Origin: Sphyrna mokarran
Lineage: Eukaryota
DNA length: 64,000 nt
Assembly: GCA_024679065.1 (NCBI GenBank)
Contig: JAGIQG010000029.1
Span: 19,096,001 to 19,160,000 of the forward strand
Direction: 5' to 3'
The translations under genes were made by a program, and so were the position numbers. The notes under the pieces are model-generated. The model was not told where the DNA came from, searched no databases, and saw nothing but the letters and a program-made list of their open reading frames with translations. Below are positions 38,425 through 50,239 of this stretch, one piece after another (position 1 is the first letter of the stretch; each line of letters starts with the position of its first letter).

Positions 38425-38810
38425 GAATATCTATAGTACAGAAGGTGGCCATTCAGCCCATTGAGTCTACAATGACTGTCTGAAAGAGAATCCAGGCTCA
38501 CTCTCCTGCCCTACCCTTGTAACACCATGTATTTACCACGGCCAATCCACCTAACCTATACATCTTTAGTCGCTAAGGGACAATTTACCATGGCCGATCC
38601 ACCTAACTTACACATCTTTAGACACTAAGGAGTAATTTAGCATGGCAAATTCACTTAACCTGCACATTTTTGGACTGTAAGGGGCAAGAGGAGCATCCAG
38701 AGAAAACTCACACAGACACAGGGAGAATGTGCAAACACTACACAGACAGACATTCAAGGCTGAAATTGAACTGGGTCTCTTGCCTAACCACTGTGGTTCC
38801 GTGCTGCCAT
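38425..38810 (-). mobile_element. HE1-type V-SINE with internal ~50-bp triplication
   Basis: Three tandem units ATTTA.CA.GGC.AAT.CAC.TAAC.T..ACAT.TTT at 38531-38670. Confidence 0.85.
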
Positions 38811-39279
38811 AGAGTGACTACCTGAGTATTTTCTGGGTCTACCTGCTGAAGAGATAGCCCCTGAACCTATATTAGCTGAAAGCAGGGCATGTCATTACCT
38901 TGTCTTCAATCTCCTCTAGAAGGTAGGATGAGGGTTTGATGGGATGGGAAAATTTAGAACCCTCCCCAAGCTGCCAATACAAGCTTGGTGGAGAGGAAGA
39001 CCTGCTTTATAGGGCTGCTGCCAATCTGATTGGCTCCTGAATGTAAGTGAAGTCCTGTCTGAGATCAATTAATGCTCAGTGGAGTGTGAAATGGCTGTGG
39101 AACAGGAGTGTTGACAGGCTTGTGTTCCCTGCAACTCTTTGGATGGTTGGATGGGAAACTCCATCATCTAAATTTTCCTGACCTGCATGTTTCTCAATAA
39201 CGTAATAATGTCTATCCACCAAACAGTCTTTTAGTGCCTTAATTTTAGAAAGTAGCAGCTTGATCAGAAATTCATCCAG

Positions 39280-40020
39280 ATTATAAATATCACTTCCACC
39301 ACCATTCCCTTCAGTGGTAGCAGTCTGTAATATCTACAAGATGCAGTGAAGAAACAGCAATCTCTAAATTTAGTAGTTAGAAAGGGAATGGCAACAGAAA
39401 TATGAGAAAACAACCACTTGCAAATTTCCCTCCCAAATGCACACCATCCCTACTTTTTTTTTAAAATTCATTCATGGGACATGGGAGTCAGTGGCTGGCC
39501 AGCATTTAATGCCCATCCCTAGTTGCCCCTGTTCAGGGCAACCGCTGAGGCTTTGGAGTCACGTGTAGACCAGATCAGGTAAGGATGGCAGATTTCCTTC
39601 CTTAAAGGACATTAGTGAACCAGATGGATTTTTCCGACAATCAGCAATGGTTTCATGGTCATCAGTAGACTTTTAATTCCAGATATTCCTTTTATAATTC
39701 AAATTCCATCATCTGCTGCGATGGGGATTCGAACCTGGATCCCCAGAACATTAGCTGAGTTTCTGGATTAATAGTCTAGTGATAATACCACTAGACTATT
39801 GCCTTCACTCTGGAATGATATTCCTGCTTCTGCACCGCTGCCAGATCTAATTCCTGGAACTCCCTCCCTAACAGCACTGTGGGAGTGCATACACCACATG
39901 GGTGAAATGGTTCAAGAAGCTGGCTCACCACCATCTTCCCAAGTGCAATAAGGAGTGGGGAGCAAATGCTGGTGTTTTTCGCAACATTCAATTCCTGTGA
40001 ATGACTTTTTAAAAAAAAAG
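39280..40020 (+). mobile_element. LINE 3' region (family of 12620-12880) interrupted by a SINE
   Basis: ATCTACAAGATGCA...CACACCATCC | TGGAA...CCTGGAACTCCCTCCCTAACAGCACTGTGGG...CACCACCATCTTC, A-rich end. Confidence 0.8.
39454..39807 (-). mobile_element. tRNA-derived SINE (second family), full length
   Basis: Reverse complement: AGTCTAGTGGTATTATC (A box), GGTTCGAATCCC (B box), tail GGGCAACTAGGGATGGGCATTAAATGCTGGCC...TGAATGAAT-A-rich; ACT on both flanks. Confidence 0.88.
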
Positions 40021-40402
40021 TAATTGGAGAATTCTAAGTAAAGGAGCTATTCGTGTTATCTTATGTTTTCAGGGACATTTTTAGGATGTGTGGGTATAGC
40101 GATGTGTGTGCTTGCATATGTTTGTCGGTGTGCGTGTCCATGTGTGTATATATCTCAAGATGGTGAGTGACAATACTATGATTAATGGAAAGCCTTACAG
40201 GGGAACAAGGGTAATGATGGTTCTAACATACATCAATCTGCACTTTAAGCTTAGATGTTCAAAAGTTCTCAGAACAAAACTGGACACGGTCAGAGCAAGA
40301 GAAATTCAGGTCTGGTCATTTCAGAACCTTGTGATGCCAGTCAGACTGCGTATCCATCACTTATTGTTTGATGATGGAATGAATATAAACATTGCATATT
40401 TT

Positions 40403-40528
40403 GGGCAGAATGTTCCCATCCCACCCATCACAGGAATCGTAGTGGGCAGGGATGGACCATAAAAAGATCTGTTGACCTCAGTCAGGAATTGCTGGCCTTG
40501 GGTGAAGCATGGCCAGAAAATTTTATCC
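40403..40528. mobile_element. MITE family B copy
   Basis: GGGCAGAATGTTCCC...AGAAAATTTTATCC, TTT on both flanks. Confidence 0.7.
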
Positions 40529-42179
40529 TTTAATTTCTTTCTGCTATGCTGTAGTTTCCTTAATCAGGTACCTGGAACAGGTACCTTTAGCCTCTCAAGT
40601 ATCCCGAACCAAATCTAATCCAAATATCTTTCAGTAAGCACATATTAAATTTATATCTATGGCAGAAATATCAATGGATCCATTCATTGCAGAATAGACT
40701 TACTTTGAGGACAGTGTTCTTTCCTCCTGCTTCCTCTGATAACTGATGTCATGTTTGTCCTTTTAATTAAAAAACTAAAAAAAGATATTCACTAAACAAT
40801 TCCACCTCACCATTTCTTGTGTCAATGTAAACCAAGTTCGCCAACTGTGCTTCATGCAATGATTATTATTCAAATCAAATTTTGTCGAAAGGGGGCTATG
40901 AAATGTCTGGAACAATTTTCTAAGTCTATCACTGAATCATTAAATGTCATAGCTTATTCTGGTCTGTACTGGTGTATATCTATAGTAACTTGTGCTCAGT
41001 CTGTCTTACTCATGCTTATTCTGCTTTTTTAAGCAATTATCTAGTTTACTTTGAAAATAATTCACAGTCTCTACCTCAACAATAATTTGTTGCAATGAAT
41101 TTCACATTCTACATCCAATAAATCACTTTCTCATGCCACGACCATTCTCTTCTTTCTATCTGCCTGGCTATGATTCTTCCTATCTGCTTGGCTACAATTT
41201 CATTTGCCTAATCATCAACCATCAGGATCTTGAAGCCCTGGTCAGATCACATCCAATTTCTTAGCTTTAATGAAGAAAACAATACGTATGTCTTCAACTC
41301 GATGCTTAAGACTAATTCCTGTTGAAATCTCATTGAATCTACCTTACATTTTTTCTGTTTCTTTATATTGTTGCTACAATTGGGTGCCCGAAACTGCAAA
41401 TGCTGCTCTAACTATGGCTAATTAAGGTCTAGAACAAGCTCAACATGACCTACCTGTTTGTATATTTTATGCGTGTATTCCGTGCAAGCATAAGGATATT
41501 GTTTATTTTTATATCTAATTACACTGCCATGTATAATAGTCTGTGTTACTGCATATTGTTTGGACCAGGTTAGGTGGCTGAGCTGATTCCTCCCTTTGTT
41601 CCATTCCTTATTTGGTTATTTCAGAGCTTGATTTGGAAAAAAGATATCATATTGACAATTCAACATACACTTAACTGTGTACAGCTCGGTGCAAGCCAGC
41701 CAGATTCCTGAAGTTTTATTGCTAAAATTTACTCATGTAAAGGTACAAAATGGATTAACAAAAAGTTTAAAATGTACAAGTATGTTCAAGATGGGAGGTG
41801 ATGGCCTAGTGATATTATCGTTAGACTATTAATTCAGAAACTCCACTAATGCTCTGGGGACCTGGGTTTGAATCCCGTTACGGCAGATGGTGGAATTTGA
41901 ATTCAATAAAAAATACCTGGAACTAAGAGCCTGATTTTACCATCAAGTTTGGGTCATGAAAGCTTGGTAAAGACAGACATGAAGCGAGTAGTGTGATCCG
42001 CAACTGCCCCCCATTTACTAACGGCTGAAAATGGCCACGAACAAGACTGTGCCCAAAATGGGCATGACATGAATTTAAATGCATTTGTATGCATTTAAAT
42101 TGACTTAATGGGCTGTACATCCAAACTTACTGGCACTTCCCCCTTTACCACTGTGTTTGTCTGTCCAGATTCAGCATGA

Positions 42180-43006
42180 TAACCTCAAATAGACCATTGT
42201 TTACAGCAAACTACCCAACCTTCAGGAGAACAGTGACCACAATACCACACAACCCTGCTACAGCAACCTCTGCAAGACATGCCAGATCATCGACATGGAT
42301 GACATCATCAAACGTGAGAATACCATTCAGCAGGAACACACTACATACTCTTGCAACTCGGCCAACGTTGTCAATCTAATATGTTGAAAGAAAGGACGTC
42401 CCGAAGCATGGTACATTGGGGAGACCATGCAGACACTACAACAGCAGATGAATGAACATCGCTCGACAATCACCAGGCAAAACTGTTCCCTTCCTGTTGG
42501 CGAACACTTCAGCGGTCACGGGCATTTGGCCTCCGACTTTCGGGCAAACGTTCTTCAAGGGGGCCTTCACGACACACGACAGCACAGAGCGGCTGAGCAG
42601 AGACTGGCAGCCAAATTCTGCACACATGAGGACGGTCTTGGCTTCATGTCAGACTATCTGTAACCTCCATGACTTGCCTGGGTTAGCAAAAAACCTCACT
42701 TACTGTGCTGTCTGGAGACAATACACATCTCTCTAACTTGTGCTCAGAGCTCCTTCCACTCACATTGTTAGCCACTTTAAGACTTGAATAGCAGGTTAGG
42801 TGTAAAGATTCGCATTCTAATCAGTAACCTGTAAACTGTCTGTGCTGCTATGTGTGCTATTGCAGACCAGAACAGCTCATTCGCCTGACGAAGGCTATAA
42901 AGCCAAAAGCTTGTGAGTTCACTATCAAATAAATCGGTTAGATTTAAAACGTTGTTGTCAGGCCTCTTATTGTGTTTACCCCAGTCCAACGCCGGCATCT
43001 CTACAT
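42180..43006 (+). mobile_element. Penelope-like element, 5'-truncated (GIY-YIG remnant + 3' terminal repeat)
   Basis: WYIGETMQTLQQQMNEHRS...VGEHFS; flanked by 14-bp direct repeat CAGATTCAGCATGA (42166-42179, 43007-43020). Confidence 0.93.
42881..42916 (+). ncRNA. Minimal hammerhead-ribozyme-like motif (core mutated)
   Basis: TCGC-CTGACGA-A-GGCT-ATAA-AGCC-AAAA-GCTT-GTGA: stems I and II pair; GAAA reads AAAA. Confidence 0.65.
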
Positions 43007-44326
43007 CAGATTCAGCATGAAAGAGACATGGTTCGCAAAAGTCCAATTAAGGCACTCCAGTTTCTGAGGAGATATGTTCAGAGTTTTTGGTGGCTCTCTG
43101 ACTCAGATCAGTGGGAGGGGAGTGGGAGGGAGGTGGGTCAGATGGCTCTCTGGTGAGGGGAAGGAGATGGGTTAGATAGCTGTCTGGTGGGTGGGAGGAG
43201 GATCAAATCGCTCTCTGGTTGGGTGGAAAAGAAAGATGTGTCAGATCGCTCTCCGGTGCCGAGAGGGAAGCAGCTCAAATGGCTCACTGGTTGAGGGGGG
43301 GTGGAAGGGATGCTGGTCAGATAGCCCTCTGGTGGGGGTGAGAGAGACAGATTAGATGGTTCTCTTGTGGGGTGCAACAGGGGCTGAGGATGTTCACATG
43401 CACGTGATTGGTGGGGAGAAAGGGGAGTCTGCTGCTAATTGGCACACGATTGTTGAGGGAGGAAGGGGACAGGGGCCACGATCAGTTGGGTAGTGGGGGG
43501 GAAGGATGGGGGATAAGGGGTCAGTTATGTTGTGGGGATGGGGCAAAATCTGCGGGGGCAGGGGGTTAGGTATTATCCAACCCTGGAGCAATATAGTAGA
43601 GGAGTGTTCTTCTGTTTTGTATTACTGCACATGCGCAGTTGAAGGCTCCGATTGGAACTGCGGGGTTTCGGGCAAGTTAAACCCCACCCACAAGCTTCTG
43701 CAGCATGATCACTGCTACCTTTTTCAGGCAGAGTGTGCGTAGAGGCACCTGAGAATGGGTCTAAAAGTAGGATCTAAAACACTCCCTGTTTCAAGTCTGC
43801 CTAGCACTTAGAACTGAAATTGTAAAATAGGATCCTAAGAATCTATTGATAACCATGAAATCCACTGATAATGATGAAATCATTGTCAATTATTGTAAAA
43901 AAATTCACTCATCTGAGGATGGGTGATAAATGCTGTCCAGCCTGCAACACCCATGAATGAATTAAAAAAATGTCCTTTAGGGAAGGAAATCTGCCTGGTC
44001 TGGCCTAAATGTGACTCCAGAGCCACAGTAATATAATTGACTCTCAACTGCCATCTGAAATGGCCAAGCAAGCCATTCAGTTACATCAATCAAGGACAAC
44101 TGGGATAGTGATTTTACCACATGCAATAACTGCTGGCCTGCTGGCAACACCCATGCCCTACAAATGACTCTTGCAAAGACAATGCTCACACAAGTTGTTG
44201 CCCTTTCTATCCCTGTTAGTTCAAATCCAGTATATTGCATTCTCAGGAACTGGGTCACATGACTCTTCTATGGTTTCAATTTGGGTTTGACCTAGCCACT
44301 GTCTCTGAAGGATCCATAAATACTAT

Positions 44327-44462
44327 GGTCGGAATTATTCAGTCTCGCATGCCCCATTACTGCTGCCAGCGAGAACAGAAAATTGGGTGCTCAGCCAAAC
44401 CTCAGTTTACTGCATCAGGACTGGCGAATCCCTGCTGTAGACGAAGTTGAAGAATTCTTGCC
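44327..44462. mobile_element. MITE family A copy
   Basis: GGTCGGAATTATTCAG...TGAAGAATTCTTGCC with GTGCTCAGCCAAA core. Confidence 0.65.
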
Positions 44463-45499
44463 TGTGTCTCCAAAGATAATTATTAAAAAGGAGTTTAGAA
44501 ACATTCAGAGTTACAATGAAAGGGATCGAAGACTAAGCATAACATCCTTTCAAAGGGACAGCACAGGTCCAAAGGACTGAAGGGTCTCCAACTGTGCTGT
44601 AAATTTCTATGATTCTATGACAAATCAGCAAGTGTCTTTCAAAAATGCAACTGAGTAGCTGCTATAGGCTGGTGTGCCTTGCTTATTAAAAACCTTCTTT
44701 TCAAAAGGTTCAGTAAATATATTTATAAATATCCAGCTGATGGTATTGTAAAGTAATGTGTTCCAAATAAAAATATCACACTTTACCACTTAAAATTCTC
44801 ATATTTCATTATCTTGCAAACCTAATCATAGCCTCTTTTGTTGAAACCATTTCATGTGGTTACCGCAGCTTCCAAGTCCAAATAATAAATAAGAATGATC
44901 CCAACATAGATCTCTGTGAAATATCTGTTAATACGGCCTTAGGTTTCTATTCCAACTAATGAGTTATTAGGTGGATGAAGCAGGAGATTGCAGAGACTGG
45001 ATTCCCTCGACAGCCCCACCTGACCCAAAGACGCAGTGATTTTAAATGGAGTGGACAAGGCCTTGGCTGGGCAGTTCACCCTTGCTCCAATTGAGGCCCT
45101 TAAACAGCCAACTAATGGCCACTTCAGGACAGTTTCCCATCCAGCCTGAAATTTTAGGCTGATGGAAACATTGAACCTCCAGGTGGAAAGCCAGAATGAG
45201 TCCAAGTTAGATATCGAGCGGGAAGTGGGGAGAGGCACCTCTATCCAAAGTACCCTTTCAATTGGATGCAATTTCCCCTTAAGAACGAGTGACCTCCCTT
45301 TCCATGATCCGGGCTCTTCCCTGACACTGCAACTGATTCCCCTTGCAACCCTCCAGGTCTTCCTTACCCTCCCTACTCTTGGATCCTTATACTTGTCCTC
45401 CAATTCCCTCACTCCAGTTCAGATAGGTTGGTGTAATTCTTTTTGTAGCTCATCTTCAGTCCACTGCAGCAGTGTTGCTACGAAGGATCAGAGGGCAGT

Positions 45500-47403
45500 C
45501 AGTGAGTGAAGTTTTACGACATTTTTTCTAAGTGTACAGCCAGTGTGAAAATGGGAAAGTTCCTGATTCATTTTTCAGGTGAGTTTTCACACCCAATCTT
45601 ATGCAGTCAGTTTTTGAAAATATGGGCTAGACCAGTTCTAGCTGCTGAAGGCAGCCATCACCATCCAGCCAGCAATTCAGATCGGAGCCACACAAACTAC
45701 ACAGGAAGGAAACAGCTCTGCTGACAGAACCACCCCCACCACCTCTGCTGCCAGTTACAGCCTTCTCGCCTCCACAGATATTGGAGAACACCCCCCCCCC
45801 AACATTATTGATGCCTTTACCTCCCCACTTCCACACTCCACAACCACCCTGCACAAGGCTCCCTCATCACTACCCATGATCCTAATGGCTGGCTCTCCCC
45901 TCCTCCAGATAATCATAGAGGCACAATATCCCATCCCCCATCCATCAGCACACCAGCAAGTGTTGACTTGACTTCCCCTCCACGGTAACAAGACAAACTG
46001 CATTAAACTCGCTAGAATGCTCTGACATGCACGTGACTTGCCCAGACTGCCTGCAGCTGACCTGGCCTAATGATTTCAATAAGAACACCAAGGATGGACA
46101 GATAGGCAGGCAGTGCAGGAAGAAATGGCCTCCAGGAAAGCAGCTCCCCATTTCTCAGATGCTGATCTGGTCAGATTGCTGAAGGTGGTGGAGGCAAGGC
46201 GGGTCACCCTCTTCCCCGCAGCAGGATGTCGTTCCAGAGGAAGGGATGGAAACGCAACCTAGGAGGTGGTGGCAGCATGCATTAGTGGCAGAGCACAGGC
46301 CAGGGAAATCAGGAAGCAATGCCACAAAAACTGAATGATCTAATCCAAGCAGTAAGGCTGTGTGTTTAACTTCATCCAACATCTTCCTTCTAAATGACTC
46401 TCAGATACCCCCCACCCCCAGCACCCTGCATGCTTCCAGCCCCTGACCCCAAAACACCTCCCTCTTCTCCTCCCAAAAGTATCACAACACTTGCCTTCTG
46501 AGGTTCACCACCGGAGACCCTGCAGGGCTATTGCCATCAGATTTTACATAGCTCCTTCTGTCCCACAGGGGATGAATACCCATAATTGCCGGCAGTGGTT
46601 AAAGACAGGGGTGTGCCTGAGATCCGGGTCCTTATGCCCCACAGACCCCTAGCAAAACACAATGTCTCCATACACATCAAAGACCCGAACAATGCACATT
46701 CCCCATTCACCCAAAACCCCCAGAATGGCAACACCCTCCCATTCCACCTCCCGCCCTCACAAACACACACTCAGAACCCATGCTGTAGTGGGTATAGCTC
46801 GTGCTGCTTGACAAGTCCTGAAGCTGCAGCACTGCCACTTCACGAAGTTTCCAGCCCACCCCCTACCAGCAACAGTGCTGCCTGCACTAGGACCCAGAGC
46901 CAGCGCTAAGACCCGAGGTCAGCATTCTGAGCTGAGTCTGTGCTGAGAGTCCAATGCCGGACCCCCAGACCAACAGCAACCCTCCACTGCACCCACCTCC
47001 CCCATCCACACACTTGCAGCTCCTCCAACCCAAAATGTAACATGGCCACTATGAAACAATCTCCTCTAAGCTGCATGGAGCAGTTTGAAGGCAGAGAGTT
47101 ACCTCCTCGCTCACGCTCTTTATTCAAGTGCTTGAATACAACTTTTATACACGAATTATTTTCCTGACCCATCCGGCTGCTGTGAGCGAGATGGTTTAGG
47201 CAGGTAAGCTGGGACAATTGAGTCTGAAGCTCATTAATGATGTGATGAATGCAAAATAATGCAAATTTATGTTTCATCTGTTTTGGGCAGGGTCCCAATT
47301 GTGCCAATTTATTTTTAAAAATTCGGTAAAATGGGAATGGGCACAAAAAGAGGCACCATTTCCGCTAAACGCATGACGCCCGAATTTATGACAATTTCCC
47401 GCC
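45500..47403 (+). mobile_element. PIF/Harbinger-type transposon remnant
   Basis: Contains the Myb-like exon at 46125 and C-rich intron-like tracts; ends approximate. Confidence 0.55.
46125..46358 (+). pseudogene. PIF/Harbinger Myb/SANT-like exon remnant
   Basis: MASRKAAPHFSDADLVRLLKVVEARRVTLFP...AT*EVVAACISG...KQCHK/LNDLI; TAG at 46260 replaces the conserved Trp; frameshift near end. Confidence 0.82.
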
Positions 47404-47888
47404 GCAAAACCAGTACAGTGAGATCATTAAATCCCACCCAGCCAATCAGATTGGCCAGCAGCTCTTTAAAGCAGAACCTCCCCCTGAGTGAGAGCAGAAG
47501 TTCTGCCTGCAGCCAATCAATGCCTATTGGAGTGTAAATGGATTGCAGAGCAGAGTCGATGGGGTGTGTTTCCCATCTACTCTTTGAATGGTGGAAGGCA
47601 AGACCCTGCCATCCAAAAACTTCAGGTTCACGCCTTTCCATTCTAAGATTCACATCCACTTCGACCTACTCTCCTCTTACTACTTCAGCAAGAATTTGTG
47701 TCTCAACTATGGTTTGGTTGATAGCACTCTTGCTTCTGAATCACAAGGTTCTTGGTTCAAGCCCACTATAGGTCTGACTTCAGTACTGAGGGAGTGCTGC
47801 ACTATTGGCAGAGCAGTCTTTTGGATAAGACATCAAACCAAGGGCCTTTCAGGTGGATATAAAAGATCCCTTGGTACTATTTCAAAGA

Positions 47889-50011
47889 CATAGAGATGCC
47901 GGCGTTGGACTGGGGTAAATACAGTAAGAGATCTGACAACACCAGTTTTAAATCTAACCGATTTATTTGAAAGTGAACTCGCAAGCTTTTGGCTTTATAG
48001 TCTTCGTCAGGTGAATGAGGTGTTCTGGTCTGCAATAGCACACATATCAGCACAGACAGTCTACAGATTGCTGATTAGAATGCGAATCTTTACACCTAAC
48101 CTGCTATTCAAGTCTTAAAGTGGCTAACAATGTGAGTGGAAGGAGCACTGAGCACAGGTTAAAGAGATGTGTATTGTCTCCAGACTGCACAGTGAGGCTT
48201 TTTGCTAACCCAGGCAAGTCATGGGGGTTACAGATAGTGTGACATGAAGCCAAGATCCCTGTTAAGACCGTACTCGTGTGTACGGAACTTGGCTATTAGT
48301 CTCTGCTCAGTGGCTCTGTGCTGTTGTGTGTCGTGAAGGCCCCCTTGAAGAACGTTTACCCGAAGGTCGGAGGCTGAATGCCCGTGACCGCTGAAGTGTT
48401 CGCCAACAGGAAGGGAACAGTTTTGCCTGGTGATTGTCGAGCGATGTTCATTCCTCCGCTGTTGTAGTGTCTGCATGGTCTCCCCAATGTACCATGCTTC
48501 CAGACATCTTTTCTTGCAACATATTAGGTAGACAATGTTGGCCAAGTTGCAAGAGTATGTAGTGTGTTCCTGCTGAATGGTATTCTCACGTTTGATGATG
48601 TCATCCATGTCGATGATCCGGCATGTCTTGCAGAGGTTGCTGTAGCAGGGTTGTGTGGTATTGTGGTCACTGTTCTCCTGGAGGTTGGGTAGTTTGCTGC
48701 GAACAATGGTCTGTTTGAGGTTGCGCAGTTGTCTGAAGGCAAGAAGTGGGGGTGTGGGGATGGCCCTAGCGAGATGTTCATCATCATCAATGACATATTG
48801 AAGACTCCGGAGAAGATGTCGTAGCTTCTCTGCTCCGGGCAAGTACTGGACAACAAAGGCTACTCTGTCCACCGTGCCCCGTGTTCATCTTCTGAGGAGG
48901 TCAGTGCGGTTTATTGCTGTGGCACTTCGGAACTGTCGATCGATGAGTCGAGCGCCATAACCTGTTCTCATGAGGGCATCCTTCAGCGTCTGGAGGTGTC
49001 TGTCACAATCCTCCTCATCTGAGCAAATTCTGTGTATACAGGGGGCTTGTCCGTAGGGGATGGCCTCTTTCACATGTTTAGGGTGGAAGCTGGAGAAGTG
49101 GAGCATTGTGAGGTTGTCTGTCGGCTTGCAGTACAGTGAGGTGCTGAGGTGACCATCCTTGATGGAGATGCGTTTGTCTAAGAATGCAACCGATTCTGGA
49201 GAATAGTCCATGGTGAGTCTGATGGTGGGATGGAACCTGTTGATATCATCATACAGTTGTTTCAATGATTGTTCACCATGACTCCAAAGGAAAAAAATGT
49301 CATCGATGTATCCAGTATATAGCCTCGATTGAAGATCCCGTGCGGTGAAGAAGTCTTGTTTGAATCTATGCATGAAGATGTTGGCATATTGAGGTACGAA
49401 TTTGGTCCCTATGGCCGTTCCATGTGTCTGGATGAAAAGCTGATTGTTGAAGGTGAAGACATTGTGGTCCAAGATGAAGCAGATAAGTTGTAAAATTGCA
49501 TCCGGAAACTGGCAGTTGTTGGCATTGAGTACTGAGGCAGTTGCAGCAATGCCATTGTCATGGGGGATGTCGGTGTAGAGCACCGAGACATCCATTGTGA
49601 CAAGGAGTGTCCCTGGTTCAACTGCTCCACGTGTGCTGAGTTTCTGTAGGAAGTCCGTAGTGTTGCGACAAAAGTTGGGGGTTCTTTGTACAATGGGTTT
49701 CAGGATGCCCTCGACATAGCTGGAGAGGTTCTCACACAGGGTCCCATTGCCCGATACGATGGGACGGCCGGGTATGTTTGCCTTGTGTATCTTTGGGAGG
49801 CAGTAGAGATCTCCAATGCGGGGAGTACGTGGAATGAGAGCCCGGAGGGTGTTCTGAAGGTCCGGATCAAAAGTTGTGATCAGAGTGTTGAGTTGACGAG
49901 TGTGTTCTTTGGTTGGATCTGCTGGTAACTGTCTGTTTACTATCGAGTTTAACTGTCGAGTTTACTATCAAATAAATCAGTTGGATTTAAAACTGGTGTT
50001 GTCAGGCCTCT
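47889..50011 (-). mobile_element. Penelope-like retroelement, 5'-truncated, with inverted terminal-repeat fragment
   Basis: 14-bp TSD TACTATTTCAAAGA (47875-47888, 50012-50025); ~49957-50011 is an inverted copy of the 3' terminus. Confidence 0.95.
48228..49934 (-). pseudogene. Penelope RT + GIY-YIG endonuclease ORF (569 codons, one internal stop, no N-terminus)
   Basis: YCLPKIHK, GRPIVS, MDVSVLYTDIP, GTAIGT, YIDD (49299-49310), CYSNLCKTC, VYLICC...WYIGET; listed ORFs 48885-49595 and 48228-48872 share a frame and are separated only by TGA at 48885-48887. Confidence 0.95.
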
Positions 50012-50239
50012 TACTATTTCAAAGAACAGCAGCAGAAGCAAGAGAGTAACCATTGTTGTTCTGGCCAAAGTTTATTCCTCAGTGTCTTGATATTCATCCC
50101 TCAGAAAGAGTTATCTGGTCATTATACCAACGCACTTCTGATATTGTAACAGAGGCTACAATTCAAAAGTATCTGATTGGCTGTAAAGCACTTTGAGACC
50201 CTCAGTGATTGCAAAAAGTGCCATATAAATGCAAGACTT

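Larger units (their letters stand above)
41927..43835. mobile_element. Non-autonomous PIF/Harbinger-type DNA transposon
   Basis: TAA on both sides (41924-41926, 43836-43838); termini GAGCCTGATTTTAC / GTAAAATAGGATCC; G-rich degenerate tandem repeats 43100-43570. Confidence 0.8.
41793..44165 (+). mobile_element. tRNA-derived SINE (family of 39454) split by a Harbinger-type insertion
   Basis: Head 41793-41926; body resumes 43836 (TAAGAATCTATTGATAACCATGAAA), collinear with the intact copy at 39454-39807. Confidence 0.85.

Noticed and set aside
38531-38670. CRISPR-like repeat-spacer appearance
   Set aside because: Eukaryotic SINE-internal tandem duplication; the intervening parts are homologous to each other and there are no cas genes
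44939-45509. Overlapping 157-aa and 115-aa ORFs
   Set aside because: Within sequence resembling the non-coding repeat at 37840-38420; no protein motifs
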